Below, piece after piece: positions 7,690 to 16,689 of a DNA stretch of 61,291 nucleotides. The first letter of the stretch is position 1; every line of letters begins with the position of its first letter. Origin of the DNA: a bacterium. Lineage in GTDB: Bacteria > Armatimonadota > Chthonomonadetes > Chthonomonadales > JAMCWF01. Position numbers and translations under genes: made by a program. A model generated the notes under the pieces. The model saw only the letters and a list, made by a program, of their open reading frames with translations, ran no database searches and was not told where the DNA came from. The stretch spans positions 1 through 61,291 of the forward strand of contig JAKBZR010000006.1 of the NCBI GenBank assembly GCA_021842405.1, in the 5' to 3' direction.

Positions 7690-8700
7690 ATGCGCACTGA
7701 AATCTTCCATTACGATCTTCCAAATGAATTGATTGCCCAGCAGTCCCCACCACGAGGGGAGAGCCGTCTGCTGGTGCTGGAAAGGGCGACCGGCGCAATC
7801 CACCATCGTCAGTTTACCGATCTACCTGGCTGGTTGCACCCGAGCGATCTACTCGTCCGCAACAATACCCGCGTAACTGCGCACCGACTTTTTGCCGCCA
7901 CCGAAACCGGAGCAAAAATCGAGCTGCTTTCGATCGGACAGGATAGAGATGGCTGGCGTGTCATCGTTCGGCCGGCAAAGCGCTCTCCGATCGGCAAGCG
8001 AATTCGTCTCGATGACAGTGGGTGCTCGGCGTGGGCGAAGGTGACGGCAATTACGGAGGATGGTGGCCGAATTGTGACGCCGGAAGACGATTATGCTCGG
8101 CATATTCTGGAATGCGCCGGCGAGACACCGCTTCCCCCCTATATCCATGCCCACTTGAGCGATCCCGAGCGATACCAAACCATCTACGCTTCAGAAGGAG
8201 GTTCGGCCGCTGCGCCAACCGCCGGACTGCATTTCACCCAGCAGATTCTCAATAGCATCGAAACGATGGGGGTGGCGATTGCCGATATCACTTTAAACAT
8301 TGGAGTTGGCACTTTCCGCCCGGTTAAAACCGCCTCGGTTGAAGAGCACCGCATGCATTCCGAATCGGCCCATATCCCGGCTGCTTCGGCGCAAGCGATC
8401 AATACACGGGTCGGCCGCCTGGTTGCAGTGGGAACCACTTGCGTCCGTGCACTGGAAACAGCGGTTGACGATCAAGGCGCCGTACAGCCGGGCACCTTCA
8501 ACACTGATCTTTTTATTACACCGGGATACCGTTTTAAGGTGGTTGACGCGCTGCTCACCAATTTCCACCTTCCCTGCTCCACGCTGCTCATGCTGGTCTG
8601 CGCGTTTGCCGGCACTGAGCCGGTTCTGAATGCCTATCAGGAAGCGATCCGCCAACGCTACCGCTTCTTTAGCTTCGGTGACGCGATGCTGATCATTTAA
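7690..8700 (+). CDS. queA: S-adenosylmethionine:tRNA ribosyltransferase-isomerase QueA
   Basis: It has FHYDLPNELIAQQSPPRGESRLLVL at the N-terminus, PLPPYI, AAPTAGLHFT, and SFGDAMLI at the C-terminus. Confidence 0.93.
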   Translation: MRTEIFHYDLPNELIAQQSPPRGESRLLVLERATGAIHHRQFTDLPGWLHPSDLLVRNNTRVTAHRLFAATETGAKIELLSIGQDRDGWRVIVRPAKRSPIGKRIRLDDSGCSAWAKVTAITEDGGRIVTPEDDYARHILECAGETPLPPYIHAHLSDPERYQTIYASEGGSAAAPTAGLHFTQQILNSIETMGVAIADITLNIGVGTFRPVKTASVEEHRMHSESAHIPAASAQAINTRVGRLVAVGTTCVRALETAVDDQGAVQPGTFNTDLFITPGYRFKVVDALLTNFHLPCSTLLMLVCAFAGTEPVLNAYQEAIRQRYRFFSFGDAMLII

Positions 8701-8772
8701 CGAGCCGAGCGGTAACATTCGGAAATCAGCAAATTCAGGTATCCTACCTATAGGAGGAACCGGGTATTTAAA

Positions 8773-9591
8773 ATGAGAGTTGAAGATTGGCAAGCCTGGC
8801 TCGATCAACAGTTCCTTGATAAGCCACCCGCTCCACAAAAACAAGAGCAGGCGGCACCGGTCTCAACGGAGGCGCCCGAGCCCGAGGCGAATCGAGCTTC
8901 ATCGGTGATAAAGCCGACCGAACCCAACGCGGCTGAAAATCTAGCCTCTATGCTGTCGCTTAAACCCCCGGTCATCACCGGTGATAACAGCCTTCCAAAC
9001 TTGGCAGATTATCTGCCGCAAATTCTAGCCAAAAAGGCTCCGGAAGTGGTTGTTGAACCGGCCCATCCCGACGATCCCGGCGCCGGCAAAATCAACCAAG
9101 TCACTGATACTGCTCCGCCGCCGGTCGCTGAGCAATCAAAACCGGTCGTCTCGGTCCGAGAAGTAAGCGTGCAAACGCAGGTGGTAGCGGAAGCACCCAA
9201 AATGCCCGAAAGCGCTCCGCCTCAAATCGTGCCACTGACCATAGTTGAGCTATCCGAACTATGCCAATCCCCAAACCGCCTATTTAATGTGAGTCTTCTC
9301 AACACCGATCCGATTGTGAAAGATGATCTTTCTTTAGCTGCCGATCGAGAAAGCCGACGCAGTGCGATCGCCGGACTACTGCTGCCCTCGAGACACGCTG
9401 TTCCGGCAAACTCGGTACCAAATTCCACTGAAAAGAGCGGTATGATTGAAGTAGCAGTAATCGGCAAGACGGGTCGGCCACAAAAAGCGGTACTCTTGCT
9501 GAAATCAGACCAGCCGATGCATAAATTAAATGAACTCTTATCGTTCTTGGAAGCGCAGAGGCCGACGAGCTCCCGGAAACTTGCAGAATGA
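8773..9591 (+). CDS. Hypothetical protein with a Pro/Ala/Glu-rich, probably disordered N-terminal half
   Basis: The 272-aa ORF has coding-like codon use in the C-terminal half. No recognisable domain. Confidence 0.5.
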   Translation: MRVEDWQAWLDQQFLDKPPAPQKQEQAAPVSTEAPEPEANRASSVIKPTEPNAAENLASMLSLKPPVITGDNSLPNLADYLPQILAKKAPEVVVEPAHPDDPGAGKINQVTDTAPPPVAEQSKPVVSVREVSVQTQVVAEAPKMPESAPPQIVPLTIVELSELCQSPNRLFNVSLLNTDPIVKDDLSLAADRESRRSAIAGLLLPSRHAVPANSVPNSTEKSGMIEVAVIGKTGRPQKAVLLLKSDQPMHKLNELLSFLEAQRPTSSRKLAE

Positions 9592-9916
9592 AACCAGCCG
9601 AAAAACGCTGGCAACCAAAGTCTATATTGCGGAAACGATTATCCAGCGAACATTGGGGTTGATGGGAGTGCGTGATTTCAGTGATGGCTCGGCTCTGGTT
9701 TTAGCGGGCGGTGGCAGCGTGCATACCTTTATGGTCAGGCAGCCGCTCGATATTCTGTTTCTCGATCAACATAAGCGAATTTTGCGGATTATCAACTCCA
9801 TCCCTCCATCGCGGATATCGCCTTGGGTACGTGGAGCGAGGTGGATCGTTGAGCTGCCGGGTGGATCGTTGGATGGCGACGCTGCAAAGGCGGGTGACCA
9901 GTTGAGTTGGGAGTAG
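9530..9916 (+). CDS. DUF192 domain protein
   Basis: AETIIQRTLGLMGV...ALVLAGGGSVHTFMVRQPLDILFLD fits the DUF192 core (A.T..R..GLM ... H.F.M..PLD..F.D). The start is uncertain: the ATG at 9530 overlaps the upstream ORF by 62 nt, and a TTG at 9581 is an alternative. Confidence 0.7.
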   Translation: MNSYRSWKRRGRRAPGNLQNETSRKTLATKVYIAETIIQRTLGLMGVRDFSDGSALVLAGGGSVHTFMVRQPLDILFLDQHKRILRIINSIPPSRISPWVRGARWIVELPGGSLDGDAAKAGDQLSWE

Positions 9917-9920
9917 CGTA

Positions 9921-11099
9921 GTGAGAATTGGTATCTTGACGGAAAGTTTCGACCCGGTTCAAAATGGGGTCTCCACCTCGGTATTAACGGTTTTAGAGGA
10001 GCTGCGAAAGCTGAAGCATCACGTTTACGTGTTTGCACCGCATTTCCCCGATCATAATGATCTCTCCCCCAATATTTTAAGGGTTCCATCCATTGTGACG
10101 CCGCTCAATCCCGATTATCCGTTGCCGTATCCCTGGTTTCCACGATTGAGGAGGGAGATCCCACAGCTTGATCTTGACGTCCTGCACACTCAGACCCCCT
10201 TTTTTCTAGGTTTGCTGGGCGCACGCATCGCGAAAAAAAATGCGATCCCGCTTGTCTCAACCTTCCATACGCTGTATACCGAGTACAGCCACTACCTTCC
10301 GGTGCTTCCCAATGCAGCAACAACCGAACTGCTTGAATGGTGGCTGCCCAGCTATTATAACCGCTGCCAGGCGGTGATCACCCCTTCCCACTTAGCGGAG
10401 CAGTCGCTTCGGCGATTGGGGGTTGAATCGCCCATTACGGTGATCCCGACCGGTGTGCCGCTGCCGCCCGAAGGAAAAATAGACGCGAAAGCCCGCGCCC
10501 ACGCACGAAATAAGCTAAGGATCCCGCCAAACGACCCGATGATTCTCTACGTGGGCCGGATCGCGAAAGAGAAAAATCTGGATCTATTGTTGAACGCCTT
10601 CAGCGTTACACTTAAAACGATCCCCAATGCGTGGCTGGTACTGGTAGGATTGGGCCCGGCGCTCGATGAGATACGAGGGCAATCGGCCGCGCTCGGTATC
10701 GCGGATCGAACCGTTTTCACCGGCCCGACTCCCCGCGCCGAAATTGATCCGATTTACGCGGCGGCGGATATCTTCACCTTCCCATCCACCACTGAAACGC
10801 AGGGGCTGGTGGTGGCGGAAGCCCGTGCGGCCGGATTGCCGTCCATCGTTGCAAACCGGGGTGGCGCCCCTCAACAAGTCAAACACGGGGTGGACGGCTG
10901 GCTTGCCGAGCCGGATATTGATTCGTTCGTGCAGACTATGATTCAACTATTGACCAATCGGCCCATGTTGGAAGAGTTTCGGAGAAACTGCCGACTCCGC
11001 GCCCCTCTATTCACACCAACCGCTATGGTGAAGCAGATATTGGTCGTTTATCAACAAGTTTCAATTAATTGCCGCAAGGCGGCGGCGGGCGCCGTCTGA
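9921..11099 (+). CDS. Glycosyltransferase family 4 (GT-B fold)
   Basis: It has a GTG start with GGGAG upstream, MRIGILTESFDPVQNGVSTSV at the N-terminus, and the C-terminal EX7E region (FPSTTETQGLVVAEARAAGLP). Confidence 0.9.
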   Translation: MRIGILTESFDPVQNGVSTSVLTVLEELRKLKHHVYVFAPHFPDHNDLSPNILRVPSIVTPLNPDYPLPYPWFPRLRREIPQLDLDVLHTQTPFFLGLLGARIAKKNAIPLVSTFHTLYTEYSHYLPVLPNAATTELLEWWLPSYYNRCQAVITPSHLAEQSLRRLGVESPITVIPTGVPLPPEGKIDAKARAHARNKLRIPPNDPMILYVGRIAKEKNLDLLLNAFSVTLKTIPNAWLVLVGLGPALDEIRGQSAALGIADRTVFTGPTPRAEIDPIYAAADIFTFPSTTETQGLVVAEARAAGLPSIVANRGGAPQQVKHGVDGWLAEPDIDSFVQTMIQLLTNRPMLEEFRRNCRLRAPLFTPTAMVKQILVVYQQVSINCRKAAAGAV

Positions 11100-11219
11100 G
11101 ACCCTTAAATCCCGAGCGACTGTCATAGGGGTTGACCCGATAAGCAACCGACAACCGATTATCGAATTGACATAAAAAAGGAATTATGAAACCGGTTTTT
11201 CCGGTTCTTTGAGGAACAA

Positions 11220-11885
11220 GTGTTGGAGCATCTTTTAAAACCGATTGCGCACTGGATCATTCAGGTAATCAGCAGCAGCGGTTACAGCGGCATCGTGCTG
11301 ATGATGGCCATCGAGAGCGCCTGCATACCGCTGCCCAGCGAGGTTATCATGCCCTTCTCCGGCGCGCTGACCACGGTCGCGGTGGCCTCGATGTTCCGCC
11401 GACTGCCGTTAAACCTCTATCTGGTCACACTGGCAGGAGCGGGCGGCTGCGTGGTCGGGTCGTTGATCGCCTATTGGGTCGGCGTCTATGGGGGCCGACC
11501 GCTGGCGGAGCGTTACGGACGCTATGTTCTCGTGCGCAAGCGGGACCTTGATCGAGCCGATCGGTGGTTTGCGCGGTGGGGAGTGGCGGCCGTTTTCTTT
11601 TCACGATTATTACCGGTCATCCGCACCTTCATCTCGCTGCCGGCCGGCATCGCTAAAATGAAATTTTGGCAATTTATCGTCTACACCTTTGTCGGCTCGC
11701 TCCCATGGTGCTTCATGCTCGCCTACATCGGCAACCAGCTCGGCAGTCACTGGTCCGAGATGAAGGGCTACTTTCACCGCGCCGATGCTGTTATTGTCGT
11801 CGTGGTCGTGTTGTTATTCGCCTTCTGGCTCTATCACCATTTAAAACCGGAGCGGGAAGACGCCCAAAACGCCGCCGCCCGCTAA
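11220..11885 (+). CDS. DedA/SNARE-associated family membrane protein
   Basis: It has ACIPLPSEVIMPFSG, RLLPVIRTFISLPAGIAKM and about 5 TM helices. Confidence 0.9.
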   Translation: MLEHLLKPIAHWIIQVISSSGYSGIVLMMAIESACIPLPSEVIMPFSGALTTVAVASMFRRLPLNLYLVTLAGAGGCVVGSLIAYWVGVYGGRPLAERYGRYVLVRKRDLDRADRWFARWGVAAVFFSRLLPVIRTFISLPAGIAKMKFWQFIVYTFVGSLPWCFMLAYIGNQLGSHWSEMKGYFHRADAVIVVVVVLLFAFWLYHHLKPEREDAQNAAAR

Positions 11886-11908
11886 GAGCTTCAAGAGGTC
11901 GCTGAAAT

Positions 11909-12086
11909 AGTCGCCGAATCCCGCCCTTTCGTCATTCCCGCATGGCTCCACTCCAGTGGAGTGGATGGCGGGAATCCACTCCTTCTGCCTATCGGCAAGC
12001 ACAGGGATCAACATTTTATCTGCCGGGTTCCTCTCTGCGAAGCGCTGAATGATGAGCCGGTTAGCGTTGACCTATTTTCAATCCCC
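11909..12086. mobile_element. MITE-B copy 2
   Basis: It has the same left module (CCCGCCCTTTCGTCATTCCCGCATGGCTCCACTCCAGTGGAGTGGATGGCGGGAATCC) and right module (GCTGAATGATGAGCCGG..CTATTTTCAATCC) as copies 1 and 3. It ends 3 nt from the aconitase stop codon. Confidence 0.65.
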
Positions 12087-12088
12087 GT

Positions 12089-14026
12089 CTAAGCCCCTTT
12101 AACCGTATAGTTCAGAAGCCCGCCGGCCAGGTATACCTCCACTTCGCGCGATGTCATTCCGTGCTGAGCGGAGATCCGCGTTCCTCTACTCTTATTTTGG
12201 ACGATAACCGTTCCGCCGCGAAGCTGCTCCGCTAAGCTATCAATCACCAGCTCGTCGCCCTGCCCGATCGCCTCATAGTCAGATTCGTTCTGGAAAAGAA
12301 GGGGCAATATGCCGAAATTAATTAAATTCGCTCGATGGATGCGGGCGAAGGACTTTACCAGAACCGCTTTGACTCCCAGATACATTGGAGCCAGCGCAGC
12401 GTGCTCCCGGCTCGATCCCTGACCATAGTTGGATCCTCCGACAATAAAGCCGCCTCCCCATTCCTTCGCCCGTTGTACGAAATCGGCGTCCACCCGAGAA
12501 AAAACGTACTCCGAGATCGCCGGTATATTGGAACGGAGCGGCAATATTTTGGAACCGGCCGGCATGATGTGATCGGTGGTGATATTGTCACCCACCTTTA
12601 GGAGTATTTTCCCTTCCAGTCGGTCACCTGGGGCCGTATTTCGTGGCAGCGGCTTGATATTGGGGCCCCGCAGCACTTCGATCTTCTCCGGCTCCTTGGC
12701 CGGCGGTAGGATCATGTCATCGTTGATCGGGTACTGATCCGGTTCGATCACCTTTTTAAATTGAATTCCCATCTCTTCCAGGTCGCGGGGGTCGGTTATC
12801 TTTCCGGTTAAGGCGGTCGCCACGCATGTCTCGGGGCTGGCCAAATAGACTTTCGCATCCTGCGTGCCGGACCGGCCCTCAAAATTGCGGTTGAAGCTGC
12901 GTACCGATACCCCGCCGCTGGATGGCGCCTGCCCCATCCCGATGCAAGGCCCGCAGGCCGATTCCAAAATCCGAGCGCCTGAAGAAATCAAGTCGGCAAG
13001 GTCGCCCTTTCGTGCAATGGTCTCAAAAACCTGCTTGGAACCGGGCGTTACCGTCATCGAAACATCCGGATATACCGCACGGCCCCGCAGCACCATCGCT
13101 GCAATGCCCAGATCATGATAGGATGAGTTGGTGCAGCTTCCAATGCAGACCTGCACGACCGGCATGCCGGCAATCTGACGAACTGCCACTACTTTGTCGG
13201 GACTATGAGGCTGGGCGATGAGCGGCTCCAGCTTATCCAAATCTATTTCAATGTGCTCATCATAGGACGCATCGGGATCGGCCGCCAGTGGAACCCAGTC
13301 TTTTTCGCGCCCTTGCGCCCGGAGGTAGGTTCGGGTTGCTTCATCGGATGGGAAAATCGAAGTGGTGGCGCCCAGCTCAGCTCCCATATTGGTGACCGTA
13401 AACCGATCGCTGGCCGATAGGGAGGCAACTCCCTCTCCGAAATACTCATAAATTTTGCCCACCCCGCCCCGAACGGTTAACCGCCGGAGCAGCTCCAAAA
13501 TTACATCCTTACCGGTCACCCACGGCTGCAAAGATCCCTTCAGCTCTACTCCGACCACCTTTGGGGTTGGTAAATGGAAGGGGCCACCCGCCATCGCGAC
13601 CGCAATATCGAGGCCGCCGGCGCCAATTGCAATCATCCCCAATCCTCCGCAGGTCGGAGTGTGGCTGTCAGAACCTAAAAGCGTCTGTCCAGGAACACCA
13701 AATCGCTCTCGATGAACCTGATGGCAGATTCCGTTGCCAGGACGGCTGTAATAAACCCCGTGTTTCGCGGCTATGGACTGCAGAAAGCGATGATCATCCG
13801 CGTTTTCAAAGCTGTTTTGCAGCATGTTGTGGTCAACGTAGCTGACCGACAGCTTCGTCCGAACCTTCGGCACCCCCATCGCCTCAAACTGCAGATAGGC
13901 CATGGTTCCGGTGGCGTCCTGCGTGAGCGTTTGATCAATGCGAATCCCGATCTCAGCGCCCGGTTTGAGCTCTCCCTCAACCAGATGCGCCTCTAGAATT
14001 TTTTGGGTCAAATTCCGACCAGCCAT
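12089..14026 (-). CDS. acn: Aconitate hydratase (about 645-aa 'putative aconitase' type)
   Basis: It has NLTQKILEAHL at the N-terminus, aconitase Fe-S ligand regions (LGSDSHT, CIGSCTNSS, CGPCIGMG) and a swivel domain (GSSREHAALAP). The likely start is the internal ATG at 14026 rather than 14086. Confidence 0.92.
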   Translation of the reverse strand: MAGRNLTQKILEAHLVEGELKPGAEIGIRIDQTLTQDATGTMAYLQFEAMGVPKVRTKLSVSYVDHNMLQNSFENADDHRFLQSIAAKHGVYYSRPGNGICHQVHRERFGVPGQTLLGSDSHTPTCGGLGMIAIGAGGLDIAVAMAGGPFHLPTPKVVGVELKGSLQPWVTGKDVILELLRRLTVRGGVGKIYEYFGEGVASLSASDRFTVTNMGAELGATTSIFPSDEATRTYLRAQGREKDWVPLAADPDASYDEHIEIDLDKLEPLIAQPHSPDKVVAVRQIAGMPVVQVCIGSCTNSSYHDLGIAAMVLRGRAVYPDVSMTVTPGSKQVFETIARKGDLADLISSGARILESACGPCIGMGQAPSSGGVSVRSFNRNFEGRSGTQDAKVYLASPETCVATALTGKITDPRDLEEMGIQFKKVIEPDQYPINDDMILPPAKEPEKIEVLRGPNIKPLPRNTAPGDRLEGKILLKVGDNITTDHIMPAGSKILPLRSNIPAISEYVFSRVDADFVQRAKEWGGGFIVGGSNYGQGSSREHAALAPMYLGVKAVLVKSFARIHRANLINFGILPLLFQNESDYEAIGQGDELVIDSLAEQLRGGTVIVQNKSRGTRISAQHGMTSREVEVYLAGGLLNYTVKGA

Positions 14027-14184
14027 ACTCTCTCTAAACCTCCAATGATGTTGCCGGGCCAACCGTTCATGCAACCAGCCAACCAAGCATATCTTAATGA
14101 AATTACAAAAAGGCGGATACTCTCAGCAAGAGAGATTCTCTTCCCTCTCGCTCGCACCTATGTTTATTTTATGTCGAGCACGAT

Positions 14185-14829
14185 TCAGCTTTCCACTGTC
14201 ACTACAATCTTCAGCTCGCGCAACACTTCAATCGCCGTTGGCAGCGGCGCTCGCCAGAGCCAACTCACCTTCAGCCAAAAGCCAGGTATCACCTTCGAGC
14301 GGTAGATGCCGTCTCCATCAATCTCTCCACTGCGATACCGGCCATCCGTTCCCAGCTCATAAAACTCAGCCTGCTTCTGATCCGGGTCAATCAGCCAATA
14401 TTCTTTTACCCTGCCACGCTCGTACTCATCCAGCTTATCACGATGATCTCGGATTGTACTTTCAGGGGAGACAATCTCCACCGCCAGGTCGGCCGCGCCA
14501 TCAAGATAGGTTGGCCGAAGGAGATGGGAGCGTTCGTTGGAGATAAAGAGCAGATCGGGTTCACGGGCGCGAGCGATCTCAGAAAGCCGCATCAGGAAGG
14601 GGGCATGGAGTATCGCTCCAACTGGATGCTCCTCGATGTAGATATGTAAAACGGATAACAACAGCTTTGCAATCTGTTGATGCTGGACCTCGGCCGGTGA
14701 CGCCGCGATAACCTCCCCATCTACCCATTCTGCAATAATATCCTCATCGCACCAATCGAGGAACTCCTCAAAGGTCATCTTCTCGCTGGGGGGAACCTTC
14801 TTCATTGTCTCAAACATATTGGTGGCCAT
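14185..14829 (-). CDS. Uma2 family (DUF820) putative endonuclease
   Basis: It has EWVDGEV, EPDLLFISNER, GAADLAVEIVSP and EYWLIDP, which are the PD-(D/E)XK-like Uma2 motifs. Confidence 0.9.
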   Translation of the reverse strand: MATNMFETMKKVPPSEKMTFEEFLDWCDEDIIAEWVDGEVIAASPAEVQHQQIAKLLLSVLHIYIEEHPVGAILHAPFLMRLSEIARAREPDLLFISNERSHLLRPTYLDGAADLAVEIVSPESTIRDHRDKLDEYERGRVKEYWLIDPDQKQAEFYELGTDGRYRSGEIDGDGIYRSKVIPGFWLKVSWLWRAPLPTAIEVLRELKIVVTVES

Positions 14830-14943
14830 CGCAACGGCTCCTTTTGTGCTATGCCGCGCTTACGCTAACCGACGATTGGACCATTTCATCATAGGCATAC
14901 CGGCAATTTATGGGCGCAAGCAAATCCAATCATGGAAACAACA

Positions 14944-14977
14944 GAGCGAGGAGCAATTAACCTTCCGCTCCTCGCTC
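14944..14977 (-). terminator. Hairpin terminator candidate directly 3' of nuoI
   Basis: A perfect 11-bp stem (GAGCGAGGAGC / GCTCCTCGCTC) with a 12-nt loop lies 23 nt past the nuoI stop. On the minus strand it is followed by TGTTGTTTCC. Confidence 0.55.
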
Positions 14978-14999
14978 CCAAATTTAATCAAGCGATCGG

Positions 15000-15518
15000 T
15001 TACTCCTTGCCTGCACCAACCATACCACGAGCTTTCTCCATTGGAACGGGCAACACATCGGCTTGGATCGGCAGCGGCTCCAGCAGCATCTCTTTGGTGT
15101 AGAGAAAATCTTTTCGGTTGTAGTCCGCTAATTCAAAATCCTTCCTCAGCACAATCGCCCCGGTTGGGCAAGCCTCCTGGCAATAGCCGCAAAAGATGCA
15201 GCGCAGTATATTGATCTCATAGCGAACCGCATATCGCTCTCCCGGTGAATAGCGGGCTTCATCGCTGTTTTCAGCCGCCTGCACATAGATGCATCTGGCC
15301 GGGCATGCGCCGGCACACAGGCTGCAACCGATACATTTCTCGAGGCCGTTGTCATATCGAGTCAACACGTGCCGCCATCGGGTTCGACTGAACTGCTCCC
15401 GTCTTTCCTCCGGATACTGAACCGTTACGTTCGTTTTTTCACGCGCCCGAAGCATGTTGATGTAGTGCTTCATCGTTAAAAACATGCCTTTAGCGATCGG
15501 TTTCACTGGGTCCGGCAT
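15000..15518 (-). CDS. nuoI: NADH-quinone oxidoreductase subunit I (2x[4Fe-4S] ferredoxin subunit)
   Basis: It has two CxxCxxCxxxCP motifs ([12 protein letters not shown]; [12 protein letters not shown]) and a NuoI-type N-terminus (TVQYPEE). Confidence 0.9.
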   Translation of the reverse strand: MPDPVKPIAKGMFLTMKHYINMLRAREKTNVTVQYPEERREQFSRTRWRHVLTRYDNGLEKCIGCSLCAGACPARCIYVQAAENSDEARYSPGERYAVRYEINILRCIFCGYCQEACPTGAIVLRKDFELADYNRKDFLYTKEMLLEPLPIQADVLPVPMEKARGMVGAGKE

Positions 15519-15522
15519 TGCG

Positions 15523-16077
15523 CTATCCCCTCTTTACGAGCGAAGTCAGCTCGATCAGCTTACCGCTGCCGCTCGCCTTGATCTTCTCTTGCAGCTTCAT
15601 GATCCCGTAAATGAGCGCATCCGGACTGGGCGGGCATCCTGGAACGTAAACATCCACCGGCACGATCTGGTCAACACCCTGGATAATCGCGTAGTTGTTA
15701 TAAACGCCGCCCGACGAAGCGCAGGCGCCCATCGAGATGACCCATTTAGGGTTGGGCATCTGATCGTAAATCTGCCGTAAAACCGGCCCCATCTTTTTCG
15801 ATACCCTGCCCGCCACGATCATTACATCCGCCTGTCTCGGTGAAGGTCGAAATACCTCTGCGCCGAAACGGGAAACATCAAATCGTGAAGCCGCCGTCGC
15901 CATCATCTCAATCGCACAACAAGCCAGCCCAAACGTAAGAGGCCAGAGGCTGTTGCGCCGAGCCCAATTTACCAGCTCATCCAGCTTGGCCAGCACAAAC
16001 GGCTGCCCCCCTACCCCAATGGCGGGAGTGGGCATCGTGCTATCGTGAGCAGCTATTTCAGTGTAGGTTCTTGCCAT
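15523..16077 (-). CDS. nuoB: NADH-quinone oxidoreductase subunit B
   Basis: It has [39 protein letters not shown] and [10 protein letters not shown], the N2-cluster ligand pattern. Confidence 0.93.
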   Translation of the reverse strand: MARTYTEIAAHDSTMPTPAIGVGGQPFVLAKLDELVNWARRNSLWPLTFGLACCAIEMMATAASRFDVSRFGAEVFRPSPRQADVMIVAGRVSKKMGPVLRQIYDQMPNPKWVISMGACASSGGVYNNYAIIQGVDQIVPVDVYVPGCPPSPDALIYGIMKLQEKIKASGSGKLIELTSLVKRG

Positions 16078-16120
16078 TATTTAAACCCCCTTCAGGGTGA
16101 AGCGAACGCTCCTCGCTCCG

Positions 16121-16150
16121 CTTATTTAACTAATATTTTAGTTAAATAAG
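16121..16150. promoter_or_regulatory. Perfect 30-bp AT-rich palindrome upstream of nuoB (operator or hairpin candidate)
   Basis: CTTATTTAACTAA-TATT-TTAGTTAAATAAG has 13-bp perfect arms and a 4-nt spacer. It lies 44-73 nt upstream of the nuoB start. Confidence 0.5.
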
Positions 16151-16216
16151 TGATGAGCATTATTCAAAAATATTATACCCTTTGAACGACGATAACGGAG
16201 GAGTTGTATTAGCCGG

Positions 16217-16405
16217 TAAGAGTTCAGTTTTGCGGGAATGATTTTCGTTCGACCCCACCCCAGCCCTCCCCGCAGGCGGGGAGGGGGAGAGAGTTTAGCG
16301 GCGGTGCTTTTATCTTGCCCCCCAGTCCCTCTTAATCCCCTCCCCCGTTTACGGGGGAGGGTTAGGGTGGGGGTGCATCCAATATGGTCGTAAATGATTC
16401 CCGTA
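16217..16405. mobile_element. MITE-A variant 1 with a truncated right end
   Basis: By eye only 4 differences from the copy at 38798 over the ~160-nt shared interior. The right inverted repeat stops at ..GATTCCCGTAAAA, exactly where the next element begins. Confidence 0.8.
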
Positions 16406-16561
16406 AAAGAGTTCAGTTTTGTGGGAATGGTTTATAGCAGCATTGGTCGCTCTCATCCCCAGTCATCTCTCTCGGAAGGAGAAGGTTGTCATTGCGAGCG
16501 AAGCGAAGCAATCTCATTCCCCAGCCTCTCCCTAGTACTGCAATGTTGTCTGGGAATCAAT
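16406..16561. mobile_element. MITE-A variant 2, partial, abutting the previous copy
   Basis: The left end is AAAGAGTTCAGTTTTGTGGGAATGG, and the interior shares GCATTGGTCGC and GTCATTGCGAGCGAAGCGAAGCAATCTC with the copy at 6086. The right boundary is not defined. Confidence 0.5.
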
Positions 16562-16689
16562 CTACTAGCCTACGAGCTACCTCTGACTGTGGGTTAAATT
16601 GAGAAATGAGTGATCAGCCCACCCTACGAGTTGCATTCACTAGCCGGGTGACTCCTAAAGAAAATCGGAGGTGAAACTCGTAATCGGCC

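Noticed and set aside
15000-16077. nuoB plus nuoI as the small and ferredoxin subunits of a group-4 [NiFe] hydrogenase (Ech/Mbh-like).
   Set aside because: No large subunit (NuoD/HycE-like) or membrane subunits are adjacent. The NuoB sequence has the standard complex I N2-ligand pattern. The idea is kept only as an alternative inside the nuoB-nuoI finding.
16217-16561. Could the recurring ~200-bp repeats (also at 6086, 30948, 35426, 38798 and 59628) be a CRISPR array or its remnants?
   Set aside because: The copies lie kilobases apart, not in a regular repeat-spacer array. Each is about 200 bp with terminal inverted repeats, and at least one has a target-site duplication. No cas genes are present. 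They are MITE-like elements.
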